Assembly (NCBI GenBank): GCA_050575255.1
Contig: JBNZDD010013719.1
Coordinates: 3,463,572 to 3,527,571, forward strand
Source: Harriotta raleighana
Lineage: Eukaryota
Length of the DNA stretch: 64,000 nt
Direction of reading: 5' to 3'
Positions 50,190 through 61,459 of the stretch are shown one piece after another; the first letter of the stretch is position 1, and each line of letters starts with the position of its first letter. The notes beneath the pieces were generated by a model. It was not told the origin of the DNA. It did not search any database and saw only the letters and a list, made by a program, of their open reading frames with translations. A program made the translations under genes and the position numbers.

Positions 50190-50830
50190 TGATCTCACTT
50201 TAAAGGCCCATCAAAGACTTTCCCCACTCTACCTCTGTACGCAGATGGAACAGACAGGCTGATATGGGGGTTTATGATTTCAGACATGTGCAAGACTGTA
50301 GAGGGCCTTGAAGTTAACAACCAGTGAAGCTTGGCAAGAATGGGGTTAATAGGGGCTCTCATCCAGGACAAGTGATCAGACAGACAATTAGTCAAGACAT
50401 CAACGGTCCTTGAGTCGAGGGTGGAGGCGGTGAGGTAGAATTAGGTGTCATCTACATACATGTATATATTGGCCCCACACCTGTGGAAGACATCGATGAA
50501 TGGGAGCACGTGTAGATTGAAGAGGAGTTGATTGAGGAGAGAGTGCAGAGGGACAACATGCATCATCAGTGCGTGGGCTAGAGGAGAAGCTCTTGATGGC
50601 CATGTAGTGCAGATAGTGAGAAAGTTAGGATTGGAACCAGGGAAGAACAGAACCATTGAGTTGCACATGTAAACTTGACACCACAGATGACGCACAAACC
50701 TACTTTGCCTCGTCCACCTGCAACTCCAGTTCTGTCATTATTCTATCATTTTATCTGGCAGACATCAGGACCAGGATGAAAGTACGTTTCCTACCACTTA
50801 ATATAGACAATCTAGCGGCCACACACCTTG
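50190..50830. mobile_element. L2 LINE fragments in mixed orientation
   Basis: IYMYVDDT and PILAKLHWLL on the - strand; LADIRTRMKVRFLPLNID on the + strand. Confidence 0.7.
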
Positions 50831-51357
50831 GCTCTTCCCCTCTCCATGGCTCGGAGTCAGGATCCACCACAGTTAAGCGCTCTGATACACTACTCAGCAT
50901 GGAGAGCGCTGTGTAACTGCAAGTTATTGTTGAAAGCATTGGCGCTGCAAATATTTGATATCAGGATTGGTGTTTTATTTCAGACTTATTACATTTGTCT
51001 GAGTAATTAGTTTGGCCAGTTTTGTTCAAACTCTTCATAATTTTGCAATGGGTAATTTCGCATTATGAATTTATGAATGTCAACAATTTCAGAAATAGTA
51101 GTAGGAACATTAGAATTTGCTAGGCAAAAGAAGACCAAGGACTTTCTGCTTCCACTGTCTCTCTTGGGAGACTGGTATGTAAGTTTACTGCTAATTCACT
51201 GAAGATTTGTTCTGAATTTACCTGCCTTCATTGGCTGATTTTACTGCTCAGTGTAAAATAAAAGATCTTATCATTATCTACATTATCTAGATCCTTCCGA
51301 AGCTTAAGGACCATAACCATATTGGGTCCCAACTATTCCTTCTGCAATCACGCCTTG

Positions 51358-51596
51358 TAATAATAATAATCCTTGCATTTGATATAGTGCTTTTCACATC
51401 TTCTAAACTGAATTGACTGTTTATATATTGGCGAAACATGGCAGGCAATTGCACACAGCAGTGTAACACAAACAGTCGTGGATTGAAATGAATAATTTAG
51501 CTTGGCCAAAACTTGCCCAAGGTTTCGCCCTGTCTGGAATTGAACCTAGGTCTTTCAGTTGCAAGGCGAGTGCTCTATATGCTGAGCTGCAGGACT
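51358..51596 (-). mobile_element. tRNA-derived SINE (same family)
   Basis: Head, core and tail on the - strand. Confidence 0.82.
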
Positions 51597-53154
51597 ATGC
51601 TTGTACTCCAATTATTACAGCTATTATAGCTACCATTCATTCACATCCCCGCTCTCTTGCATAGTGAGTGTGCTAACCACCAGGCTACGGGACTCCATAA
51701 TAATAACATACAGCACTTTTCACTATTCATCTGTTTGCTCCACTCCCATTAATATCTGATACCTTCTCTCATCTCTCACCCATTGACTGCGCCACATCCA
51801 TGGCCATGACCTCTATTTGGTGATCACCAGTGGCCTCACCATCTTGGACATGAATGTCACCAGTAATGCCTTCTCGAATCACAGCCTTGTCTCCCTAAAT
51901 TTCTCCATCCCTTTTGTCAGCCATCCAGGTCATTGGATCTTCCACCCATGAAATAAAAATATCTCTTTTCTGGGGTTAAAAATTGCTTCTGGACAGAATC
52001 ACGATCACCACCAAGTTGACTGTTGGAAAAAACAAAAAAAAATTCCTGACTTGCATGATTATGTTATTGATGGAATCAGAAAACAGAACATGGAGATGCA
52101 CTCTCCTCCATGGGTCACCTCACATCTGTTCCTGTTCAGCTGGTGGATAAAGCTCCCACCATGCTAATTATACAGCAGAGAATTGATTGCACTGATGAAA
52201 AACACTAAATTAAATTTGAAATCCCCCCAAATCTAATTTAAATTTTATTTGACTCACCTGAAACATAAGCACAGGCCAGAAGAATATAATAAATTGCTTC
52301 TCTCTGAAAAATGACTGAACATTCCATGTGGCATTGATCACAATGATGTCCTTTCTTGGCAGACTGAGGAATTTCATTCCAAAGTGTTTAATTATAGCTG
52401 GAGAGATATCTCATAAGAGATAGCTCTATTGGGTGTTCCTGTTGCCAGTCACCTGAACCAACAAATTAACACAGCTTGGATTTGCCTTTCAGGTAAAATT
52501 GCTCTCCCTCCCACTGACTACATCAGCCCATTCTCCTAAACTCCCTCAGCCTAACCTCCTCCCCACCCTCCACTGGTCAGTGCTGACCAGGAAGCTTTTA
52601 GCAGACAAACGGTTGTGGAAATGTGGAGCTTCTCTCCTCCAAAAGACTTTTGACTATAAATCAATTGGAAATTTCAAGATTAAGATCCATAAATATTTGT
52701 TATGAAAGGGTATCAGGTAATATAGAGAAAGGGATTAGCGAGAGCTAGGGTATAGATCAACCATGATATAGTGTAATAGAATTGTGGAACAGGCTTTACT
52801 TCCTTTTCCAACATTGCCTTCAATCTCCTTCCAAAACACAAAGATCAAGACTGCCCTAGTTAATCCCCTGAACAATTTTCTCCTTATCTGTGACGATGTT
52901 TCTGTTTGCTCCTTTGGACTCAATCTCTACTGCCTTTGAAAACTTTGAACATTTCATCCTCTTCCATTGTCTCTCCCCAATATTCTAGCTCCATGGTTTA
53001 TTCTTTTCCTGGCTTCATGTGAATCTAGACTATGATTCCACCAAATGGCTTCTTATCCCACCCTGCACATCCATAAGCTTGATTCAGTGTGTCACAAAGC
53101 CTAAAATTAGTTGATCGCTGCATGACTTGGCTCCAGCCTATCAGCCATACTTGT

Positions 53155-53495
53155 GGATTCAGTAACTCAGTGGTTAGAGCACTCACCTCGAAAGGGAGCG
53201 ACATTGTCAGCAGGACAAAATGTTGGACGAGTTTCTTTATTCCATACATTACTTTTTACCCAGCAGTAAATGGGAACCCAATTGTTTGTCAGATGGCATC
53301 TTGCTTTTCTGAGGGATCATAATTCCTTAAAAAGCATTAATATTAATTTGATCACTTAATTCATGGTGGTTTGTGTGACACAGTTGGCTGCTGTATTTCG
53401 CCCACAAAATATACAGGCAAGTCACTTCACAATATGAGATCTTTGAGATCACAAATCCATGTACAAGCGCGATATCAAATGCAAGAACTATTATT
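53155..53495 (+). mobile_element. tRNA-derived SINE (same family, long variant)
   Basis: taactcagtggttagagcac...acccagcagtaaatgggaaccc...tatcaaatgcaag. Confidence 0.8.
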
Positions 53496-54029
53496 TTGAC
53501 TGTTGGTAGATTTGGTGACAGGGACCACAGCTGAATAACAATTTTTCAACCATACTGGCTTGGGTAGGTTTAGGATTATGGTGAGGCCTAGGATTAGGGT
53601 TTGGGCTGGGTCTTGGGTTATGGCAAGGGAAAAGGTTACCTTTAAAGCTTTGCCCATCGCTAGGGCCAAGCGTAGCCCTAGCTAAGGTTATGGTTAGGAA
53701 ATGGGAAGATGGAATTACTCTTACATGTGATAGGTTGGTTTCTAGGGAGCGGCCATATTTTCTGTAAATCTCTTCACAACTGAGTTGTCGGTGATGCTTT
53801 AAAATTTGAAACTAGGAGAAGACCGCAGAGTAAAAGAGAATTTGAATATTACAAATTGGAAAAGTTATTTGACGCACAATTAAACAAAAATGAAATTAGA
53901 AATCAATGGAGATACAATAAAGATGTTGAAAAAAAGAATGTGGATACATTGAGGATTCATTAAGGACAAAATGATCAGTGCTGGGATGGAATGAAAATGA
54001 ATGAAAATGAGCATATAATGACTAGACAA

Positions 54030-54335
54030 CAACAATTAAATCACATTTATAAAGCGCCTTTCATGTTGTCAGGATGCTAAACAGTCAGGTTGGGACCCGA
54101 ACAAGGGCGAGGGACAGTGTAGTGGTGAGGGGACAAAGCGTTAAGAGTGGAAGGAGAGAAGTTGGTAAAAGGCACGATGGAAGAGGAGGATCTTGAAACT
54201 GGCCTTGAAGGAGGCAAAGGAGGAAATGAGGTGAAGGGATTATGGGATGGAGTTCTAGATTGTGGGGGCAGAGAGGCTGATAGCCCGGCCACCAATGGTA
54301 GTGTGGGTGGCAGCAGACATGGAGCAGACTGGCAT
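54030..54335 (-). mobile_element. L2 LINE 3' tail (similar tails at about 1-105, 5335-5560, 16860-17230 and 19195-19470)
   Basis: GLSASLPPQSRTPSH frame and aaaggcgctttataaatgtga tail. Confidence 0.75.
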
Positions 54336-56075
54336 TAAGTTTTTAGCATTCTAAGGCATTTTATGTTTGCAAGCCATTTTATGGCTTTGAGCGTTTTGAG
54401 TTTTTGAGGCTTTTAAGCGTTTTGAGGCGTTTTAGATTTTTGAGGCTTTTTCTGGTTTTGAGCCGTTTTCAGTTGCTGAGTGTTTGGAGATTATTTAGGG
54501 TTCTAAGGCTTTTTAGATTCTGAGCCCTATTATAATTTTGAGGTTTGTTTGGGTTCTGTGGCGTTTTATGGAATTGAGGGTTTGGTGTATGAAGCTTTTT
54601 ATGGTTTTGAGATTTCTTAGCATTTTGCAATGTTTCATGTTTCTGAGACTTTGCATGTTTGGGAGGTTTTTTAGGATTCAGAGAGAGTTTTATGATTATG
54701 AGACTTTGGAGGGATATTGAGTCCTTTTATGTGATATTTTTAGGGTAGTGAGGCAATTTAGCTTTCTAGGCTTTCTCTGGTTTTGAGGCTTTTTTAAGGT
54801 TCTTAGACTATTTAGGTTTCTGAATGCTTTCTGGGTAGAAATACCCTAATATCCTATCCCTATTTCTAAACCTAAGCCTTAAGAATGGAATCCTAACCAT
54901 TCTTAATGGAATGCGAAAGTTAACCCTGACCCATTATATTAACCTTAACATGAAGGATGCAATCCTCAACCTAACAATAAGTATGGAACCATAATGATGG
55001 AACAATAACCTTAACCCAACGAATGGAAACCGTAACCCTAACGTTCATCCAACCCAAACCTAAACTTAATCTTAAACTTTTCCTTAAACCTGTCGCTAAT
55101 GCTAACACTCTAACTCTAACCACTAACCCTAACACTAATTATGGAACCTTCCATAAACCTTCCCAAACGTAACTTGAACTGTAACCCTCACCCCAAGACT
55201 CTAACCCAAACTCTAACCCGTACGAATACAAACCCAAACTCCTAACCCTAACACACTAACCCTCTAACCATAACCCTAATCCTAAGGATGAAATGTAAAA
55301 ACTCACCGTATCCCTAACACTAATGCCCTAACCCTAACGCAAACACCCGAACGCTATCTCTAACCCTAACCAGAATTCTAACACCAAAACCAACACCAAA
55401 TTTAACCCTAAACCTAACCTAGCCCAAACCATAACCCTAACCCTAAAGCTAGCCATAAGATCTGCAACATTAAGGATAGAACCCTCATCCTAACGTTACC
55501 CCTAAGAATGATAGCCGTAACCCTAACAGCTAAACCTTAGGATGGAAACCCTAACACTTACTCTAAGATCCTTAACACACACTAAGGATAGAATCCCTAA
55601 GACTAGCGCAAGCCCATAGAAAGCATCTGCAATCTAAAATGCCTCAGAACACTGTCAAACCTGAAATCATAAAACACCTCATTACCATGAAAAGTCTCAG
55701 AACCCTAAACATTTGCAGAAAACCATAAAACACCTCAAATTTCAAAAGCATAAAAGGGCTCAGAAACTAAAAGTTTTCAGTACCCTAAAATCTCCAAACA
55801 CTCAGCAACTTAAATCGGCTGAGCTTCACAACTCAAAAACCGTAAAACGCCTCAGAACAATTTAAAACCCCAAAACCTTAAAACATTCGGAAACTTTTTT
55901 TAGGATTGTGTGTCTTTTAGGATTAAAAGACTCACAATCCTAAAAAACCTCCGAACCTTTCAACTAAAATCTCAAAATCATGAAAAGCTTCAGAAAACTA
56001 AACTGTCCTTGATAATAAACCGCGGAACCATAAAAAGCCTCATAACTCTCAAAAATCACAGAACCCTAAAAAGGG
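54336..56075. repeat. Composite array 2: ~19-bp satellite arm, degenerate telomere-like core, inverted satellite arm
   Basis: GT-rich arm 54336-54835, taaccc core 54835-55620, CA-rich arm 55620-56075. Confidence 0.85.
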
Positions 56076-56084
56076 TTATGAGCC

Positions 56085-56645
56085 TTTAGAGTTGATAGAA
56101 ACCATCTGCAAGAAGATATAGATAAAATGGTAAAGTCGGCAGAAACATGGCAGATAAAGTTTAATGCAGAGAATTGTGAAGTGATACATTTTGGGAGAAG
56201 AAATGCAGGAGGCAATATCGTACAATTTTAAGGAGTGTGAGGGAAAAGAGAAACCTGACTCTGTGAAGGTTGCAGGACAGGTCGACAAAGCCATTAAGAA
56301 GGCATATGGGATACTATGCTTTATAAATAGGCTTATAGAGTACAAAAGTCAGCTGACTAAGCTCTCTATAACCTTGGTTAGGCTGGAGTACTGCGTTCAA
56401 TTCTGATCACCACACAAGAGAAAGAATGGTAAGGAATTGGAATGGGTGCAAAGAAGGTTTATTAGAATGGTACCAGGATTGAGGGACTTCAGTTCTGAGG
56501 AAAGGCTAGATAGACAAGCTTTATTCACTTTAGAATAGAGAAGGTTGGGAGGAGACCTGATACAGCTTTATAAAATCATGAGGGGATTCGGCAGGGTGAA
56601 TAAGGAAATATTGTTCCCACTGGTGGTCAAAGATTTAAAATATTT
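56085..56645 (+). mobile_element. CR1 LINE fragment, same subfamily as 34541-35605
   Basis: aaccatctgcaagaagatatagataaaatggtaaagt shared with about 34730; KVAGQVDKAIKKAYGIL. Confidence 0.85.
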
Positions 56646-57229
56646 TGAAAATGAAGCATGTTTACTTAAGGACACAGATCAGCAGCACAAACCACTGAAC
56701 TAGCCCTCTGGTATCATCTCTCACAATCACTCCCTTTTCCCCAGCAACCTCAACCAGACTGATTTGGGATTCATGGGACAGAGGTCTGAAGTACAGCAAA
56801 TGTGTATTGAAACCTCACACACAGCAGCTTGATAATTAAACACGAGTAAATTGTTCTCTGTGTTTCCATAACATTTTAGATATTGTGTCAAGATCATATT
56901 TCCAGAAAGTGGGGAGATCCTGGTAGAGTGTATGGGAGTTCTGACCTTTGAGTGTCTCCCTGAGTCCTGGCCAACAATCCCCCACATGAAATTAGTCACT
57001 CACTCCTCGGCTGCTTGTGGGACATTGTTGTGTAGGTGTTCAGCACTTTTTGAGATATGCTGATGATGTAAAAAGGTGCTTTATCTAATGTAAAACTTAC
57101 TGTTACAGTAATCTCGTCAAAAGGTGAGACAGATATATTAGACCAGGAGGACTGAAATGTAGTACAGTATATGTGTATTTTCAGAAGGATTTAATTAATG
57201 TGCTATACAGAACTGAAGGCAATATTGTG

Positions 57230-58135
57230 GGAGAGGCGGAGGTGGTACAAAAGGGAGGTTCTCTGATTGATGGCAAGTGCATTTACACAGGTTCCCTCAT
57301 GTAGGATAGTATGCTGGAGTGCTTGACAGTGGCCGAGCACAACGCCGAGTTGGGGGAAGGTGACTGTAGGCACAATTGAAGAAGAAGGAAGTAATAAGGT
57401 GGAGGGGTGGAGAGAGAGTGTTCCAGAGTTTCGGGGCAGAGTGGCTGAAAGGTGGAACTGAGGGCACAACGTCAAGCAAAAGGCTGGAACTGGTTGAGCG
57501 GTGGCAGCAGGTAGTGGGTTGGGAAGTAAGCAGGTTGGAGAGATAGGGAGGTGCCAGGATATGAAGGAATTTGAACAGGAGTCTTGCAATCACTCCATTC
57601 AGTGGTAGGGAGATAGTATTGCCTGGCTAGAACTGGTGCAATGGAGGTACAGAGTTTAGTGCAGATGAACAAGTGGGAAGTGGCATTTTGGATAAGTTGG
57701 ATTTTGTAGATAGTAGTTTTGGGGAGCCCAGCGAGCAGAGCATTGAATAGACGAGGCGGGAGGTGATGAACATATGGCTAAGTGTTTTGGCTGAGTCTGT
57801 GGTAAGGTACGGTCGGAGGCAGGTAATGTGACAGAGATATAGGATGGTGATCCTCATTAGGGACCGGATGTGGGGGAGGAAAGACAGTTGGGGGTTGATC
57901 CTGATGCTTTGGTTGCACAACAGTTTGGTGAGGCCGGGGAAATTGAGGGGGCCAGAGTTGCAGGACAGAAGATGTTGTCGGGAGCCAAGGAGTAGGGCTT
58001 CTGTCTTGTCAACATTTAATTGCAAGAACTTTCCACTCATCCAGGCCCAGACAGGCTGACAGAACATCAGTGAACCTGGAGTCACAGCTGGAGGAGAAGT
58101 AGATCTGTGTGACATCCGCATACAGGTGGAAGTAG
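57230..58135 (-). mobile_element. L2 LINE fragment
   Basis: WMSGKFLQLNVDKTEALLLGSRQ...PQLSFLPHI...FITSRLVY. Confidence 0.88.
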
Positions 58136-58389
58136 AAATCAGTCTTTCTTCCTCTTTATAACCTGACGAGTTAACGGAAAATGTTCCTTTGATGTTTCAG
58201 ATTTCACACGCTACTGGGGGTGGAAATAATCTCAGAAATGGGGAGGATATTAAACTGTTACCTGAGGGGATCTTTACTGGGACACTCTTGTTCTGCGTAT
58301 ATACTGCACTGATTACTCGGATTCCCAGACCCAGTGTAATAAATGCTTCTCCTGCATATAGGATCCAAACATAGGAATTACAAGCAATA

Positions 58390-58752
58390 ATAATAATTGA
58401 CATTGTGACCTTCACATCAGGAGGATGTCCCACATGTCGCATAGAATTTGCTGTGGAATGAGTGTGTGCCTCATTGCAACATCCCACCAGCTCCCAATTT
58501 AATCGGGGCATTGTGGGCCAGGACACTGGGAAAGAGAAATTCCCTTCTCTTTTGGAATATTGCCACAGGATCTTTAACATCCACCTGGATAGGTGAACAG
58601 ACCTCAGTTCAAAATCTCATCTGACCCTCCAGCACTGCAATGGTGCATCAGTTTAGACTAAATGAATCCCAAGGCCTAATGTGGGACTTGAACCTACAAT
58701 TTTGTGACTCAGAGAGCGATCCCAAATGTGCCACACTGAACTGGGCTGACGC
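58390..58752 (-). mobile_element. Older second SINE family, Deu-domain type (related pieces at about 640-760, 7065-7230, 21700-22085, 26965-27070)
   Basis: Minus-strand head tctgagtcacaaaattgtaggttcaagtcccac and body ggatgttaaagatcctgtggcaatattccaaaagaga...tgtcctggcc. Confidence 0.65.
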
Positions 58753-58809
58753 ACCTTGAGCCGGGGTGACACACACACACACACACACAGACAGACAGAC
58801 ACACACAAC

Positions 58810-59355
58810 AACAAAATTAAACTTATAGAGTGCCTTTCACATCAGGTGGACATCTGAAGGTGCTGAACAGTCAGAACGGGACCCGAGCAAGGGAGAGGGG
58901 CTAGGTAGTGGGGAGGGATGGGAGGGAGGGAGAGAGTTGGGAGGGTAGCAGAAGGCAGCGTCCAAGAGGTCCAAGAGATTGGACTTGAAGGAGGCGAGGG
59001 AGGGAGCGAGGCGAAGGGACTGTGGGATGGAGTTCCAGAGTGTGGGGACAGAGAGGCTGAAAGCCCGTCCGTCAATGGGTTGGGCGGAGGACATAGAGCA
59101 GGCCGGAGACTGCTGAACTGAAGGGGCAGGGAGGTTCATAGGGGGACAGCAGGTCGGAGAAGTGGGGTGGAGGGGAAGGCTTGAATGGCCTTGAAGATGA
59201 GGACAAGGATGATGAATTCGATCCTCTGGGGGATGGGGAGCCAATGGAGATGGGCGAAGTGGGAGTGATGTGGTCGCGGAGTTTGGTGCTGGTGAGAACA
59301 CGAACTGCTGAGTTCAGGATAATCTGCAGCTTGTGAAGGGAACAACCAGGAAGGC
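58810..59355 (-). mobile_element. L2 LINE 3' fragment
   Basis: LHKLQIILNSAVRVLT, HLHWLPIPQRIEF, RAFSLSVPTLWNSIP. Confidence 0.88.
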
Positions 59356-59984
59356 TGAAGAGGAGGAAATTTTCACACACAGTGCACACACAGAGTAAAC
59401 GCAAGTTGTTTGCAGTCGGAGCTTTGGTGTAATGGAGCTGAGACTGTGACCCGTGATCTGCTGTCAGCGGGTAAATATTTGCTCTTGTCCAGAAGTGAGG
59501 AGTGCCTGACAGTGATGAACGATAGCTGGCACCTTAACATACTGTACACACTTCTCCTCTCAAAGCTGTGCTAAACCAGTGGAACCAGCAGAGCCAAGCC
59601 ACTCACTGTCTAAGCAAACAGCTGGTGAGAATATGTAATATACAACCCCACCCCCTCCCCCCCACAAATACACAGCCAATCACCTTAGATAGCTCCCTCC
59701 ACCACACACTGAGATCTCACTCTGGCACACACACAAATATAGCCCACCCCACACATTGCACTTACCCCACAAACACCCACAAAGCCCCTCCCCATACACA
59801 CCCACACACATCCCCTCTCACGCGAACACACAATACATAATAAGCCCCCCACCCCTCAAACTCACATACACTTGCACCCCTATAGACACACACTGAACTG
59901 AACCCCCCCCCCCCACCCCCCAATCCCTAAACTCACACAGGCTTCCTTTTTGTTTGACAACGACTGGTACCTCCTGTGGTGTAA

Positions 59985-60322
59985 AGTTCTGTAACATAGC
60001 AGTTAGTGCACTTGCCTCGCAAGCTAAAGGATACAGGTTCGATTCCCTGGATGGGTGAAATCTCAGTCAAGTTCTGCACTCCATGCCTGTTTATCTAGCA
60101 ATAAGTAGGAACCCGATTGTTAGTCGATTGGTCGATTACTTTCAGGGGTAATAATCCTTCCCAAAAAACATTGGTCGCCCAATCCACAACTGTTTGTGGG
60201 ACATTGCTGTGCACAATTGGCTGCCACATTTTCCCCCAAAATATACAGTCAATCCACTTTATAAGCACTTTGAGAAGTCCCAACGATGTGATAAGGTGCT
60301 ATATCAAATGTAAGAACTACTA
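59985..60322 (+). mobile_element. tRNA-derived SINE (same family, long variant)
   Basis: caggttcgattccc B box, core tgtgggacattgctgtgcacaattggctgcc, tail. Confidence 0.82.
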
Positions 60323-60644
60323 ATGTCAGTCGTTTACTGCGGAGATGAATGCATAGGGATCTGTAAAAATCATTGGAAAGTATTATTATTGGAAAGTAAA
60401 ACATGTCCACACAGATCATTCCTAATACTGCAGAGGCCAATGTACTGCTGTCTCTCAGGCTGTTTGTGTAGTTTATGCAATGTTGTTTCCTACCTATGTC
60501 CCATTAAGCAGGAACCAGCCAGGCTCGGATGGTATTGGGGGAGGGACACTGACTGCATAAACACATACTGCACTTCTACTGGGGCTATAAAAGACTTGAG
60601 GGAGAGACAGAGATCAGTGGTGATAAGTTATGTGCACACAGCAC

Positions 60645-60740
60645 TTCCACACACAGCACATCTGCTCACAACACATCTGCTCACAACACATCTGCTCACA
60701 ACACACACAACACATCTACACACAACACATCTGTACACCC
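60645..60740 (+). repeat. 15-mer tandem repeat (acacatctgctcaca)n
   Basis: Three near-perfect units plus degenerate units. Confidence 0.8.
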
Positions 60741-61039
60741 ACAGCTGCACTGCCCATATCTGGACTGCCTAGGCTGAGTGGATTGTATCTGACACGGATT
60801 TGGAGCTCGAATCCGGCTCAGGATTCACACAGAAGAAAGAGACTATCAGCCCAGAGCAGCACAGACAGAGCCTGAGGGGCAGCGGGGAGTAGAGGGCAAC
60901 AGCGTAGGGCATTGGGAGGGGCAGAGCTGGGCAGGGCACAAGGGAGGGACACTGGGGAAGAGACTTTGGCATCTGGTTAACACAACACTTGTGTTAGTGA
61001 CCTGGTACCAGGTAAGCGGGCATGGGAGTGGGGGGAGCG

Positions 61040-61260
61040 CAGTATAACTGGGGGGCAGTGTAACTGGGGTGTGTGTATCTGGGGGAGGTGTGTCACTGGT
61101 GGCCAATGTAACTTGAGTGATGGGGGGTCAGTATAACTGAGGGGCAGTGTAACTGGGGGCCAATGTGACTGGGGACAGTGTAACTGGGGGCAGTATGACT
61201 GGGGTGGGTATTGTGACTTGGGGGGGGCAGTGTAACTGGGGGTAGTATGACTGACTGGGA
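61040..61260 (+). repeat. G-rich ~15-16-mer minisatellite (gtgtaactgggggca)n
   Basis: Read directly. Confidence 0.8.
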
Positions 61261-61459
61261 TGGTGGGAGGAATCGAGGGCATGGAGAGCATTGGGAGTTA
61301 TGTGGTGGTGAATATTACCAGTGTGTTCAATAGGAAAATGAACGGGATTTGGGCAGAAGTACGACTTGGGTGATTATTACCATTTGTATGGATCTGGCCC
61401 ATGGGAGTTTCAGGTAATAATCTTAGCTTTTCCTTCATGATTTTCTTTTTACCCCAAAG

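Larger units (their letters stand above)
49915..52377 (-). pseudogene. GPR139-like GPCR relic, copy 4 (exon 1 at 52258-52377, exon 2 start at 52019, fragment about 49915-50155)
   Basis: Minus strand: ...AIYYILLACAYVS|gtgagt, cag|VNLVVIVILSR, and a degenerate PWFSKSKAILYT...ILLLNILTV segment followed by the 3' flank seen in copies 2 and 3. Confidence 0.68.
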
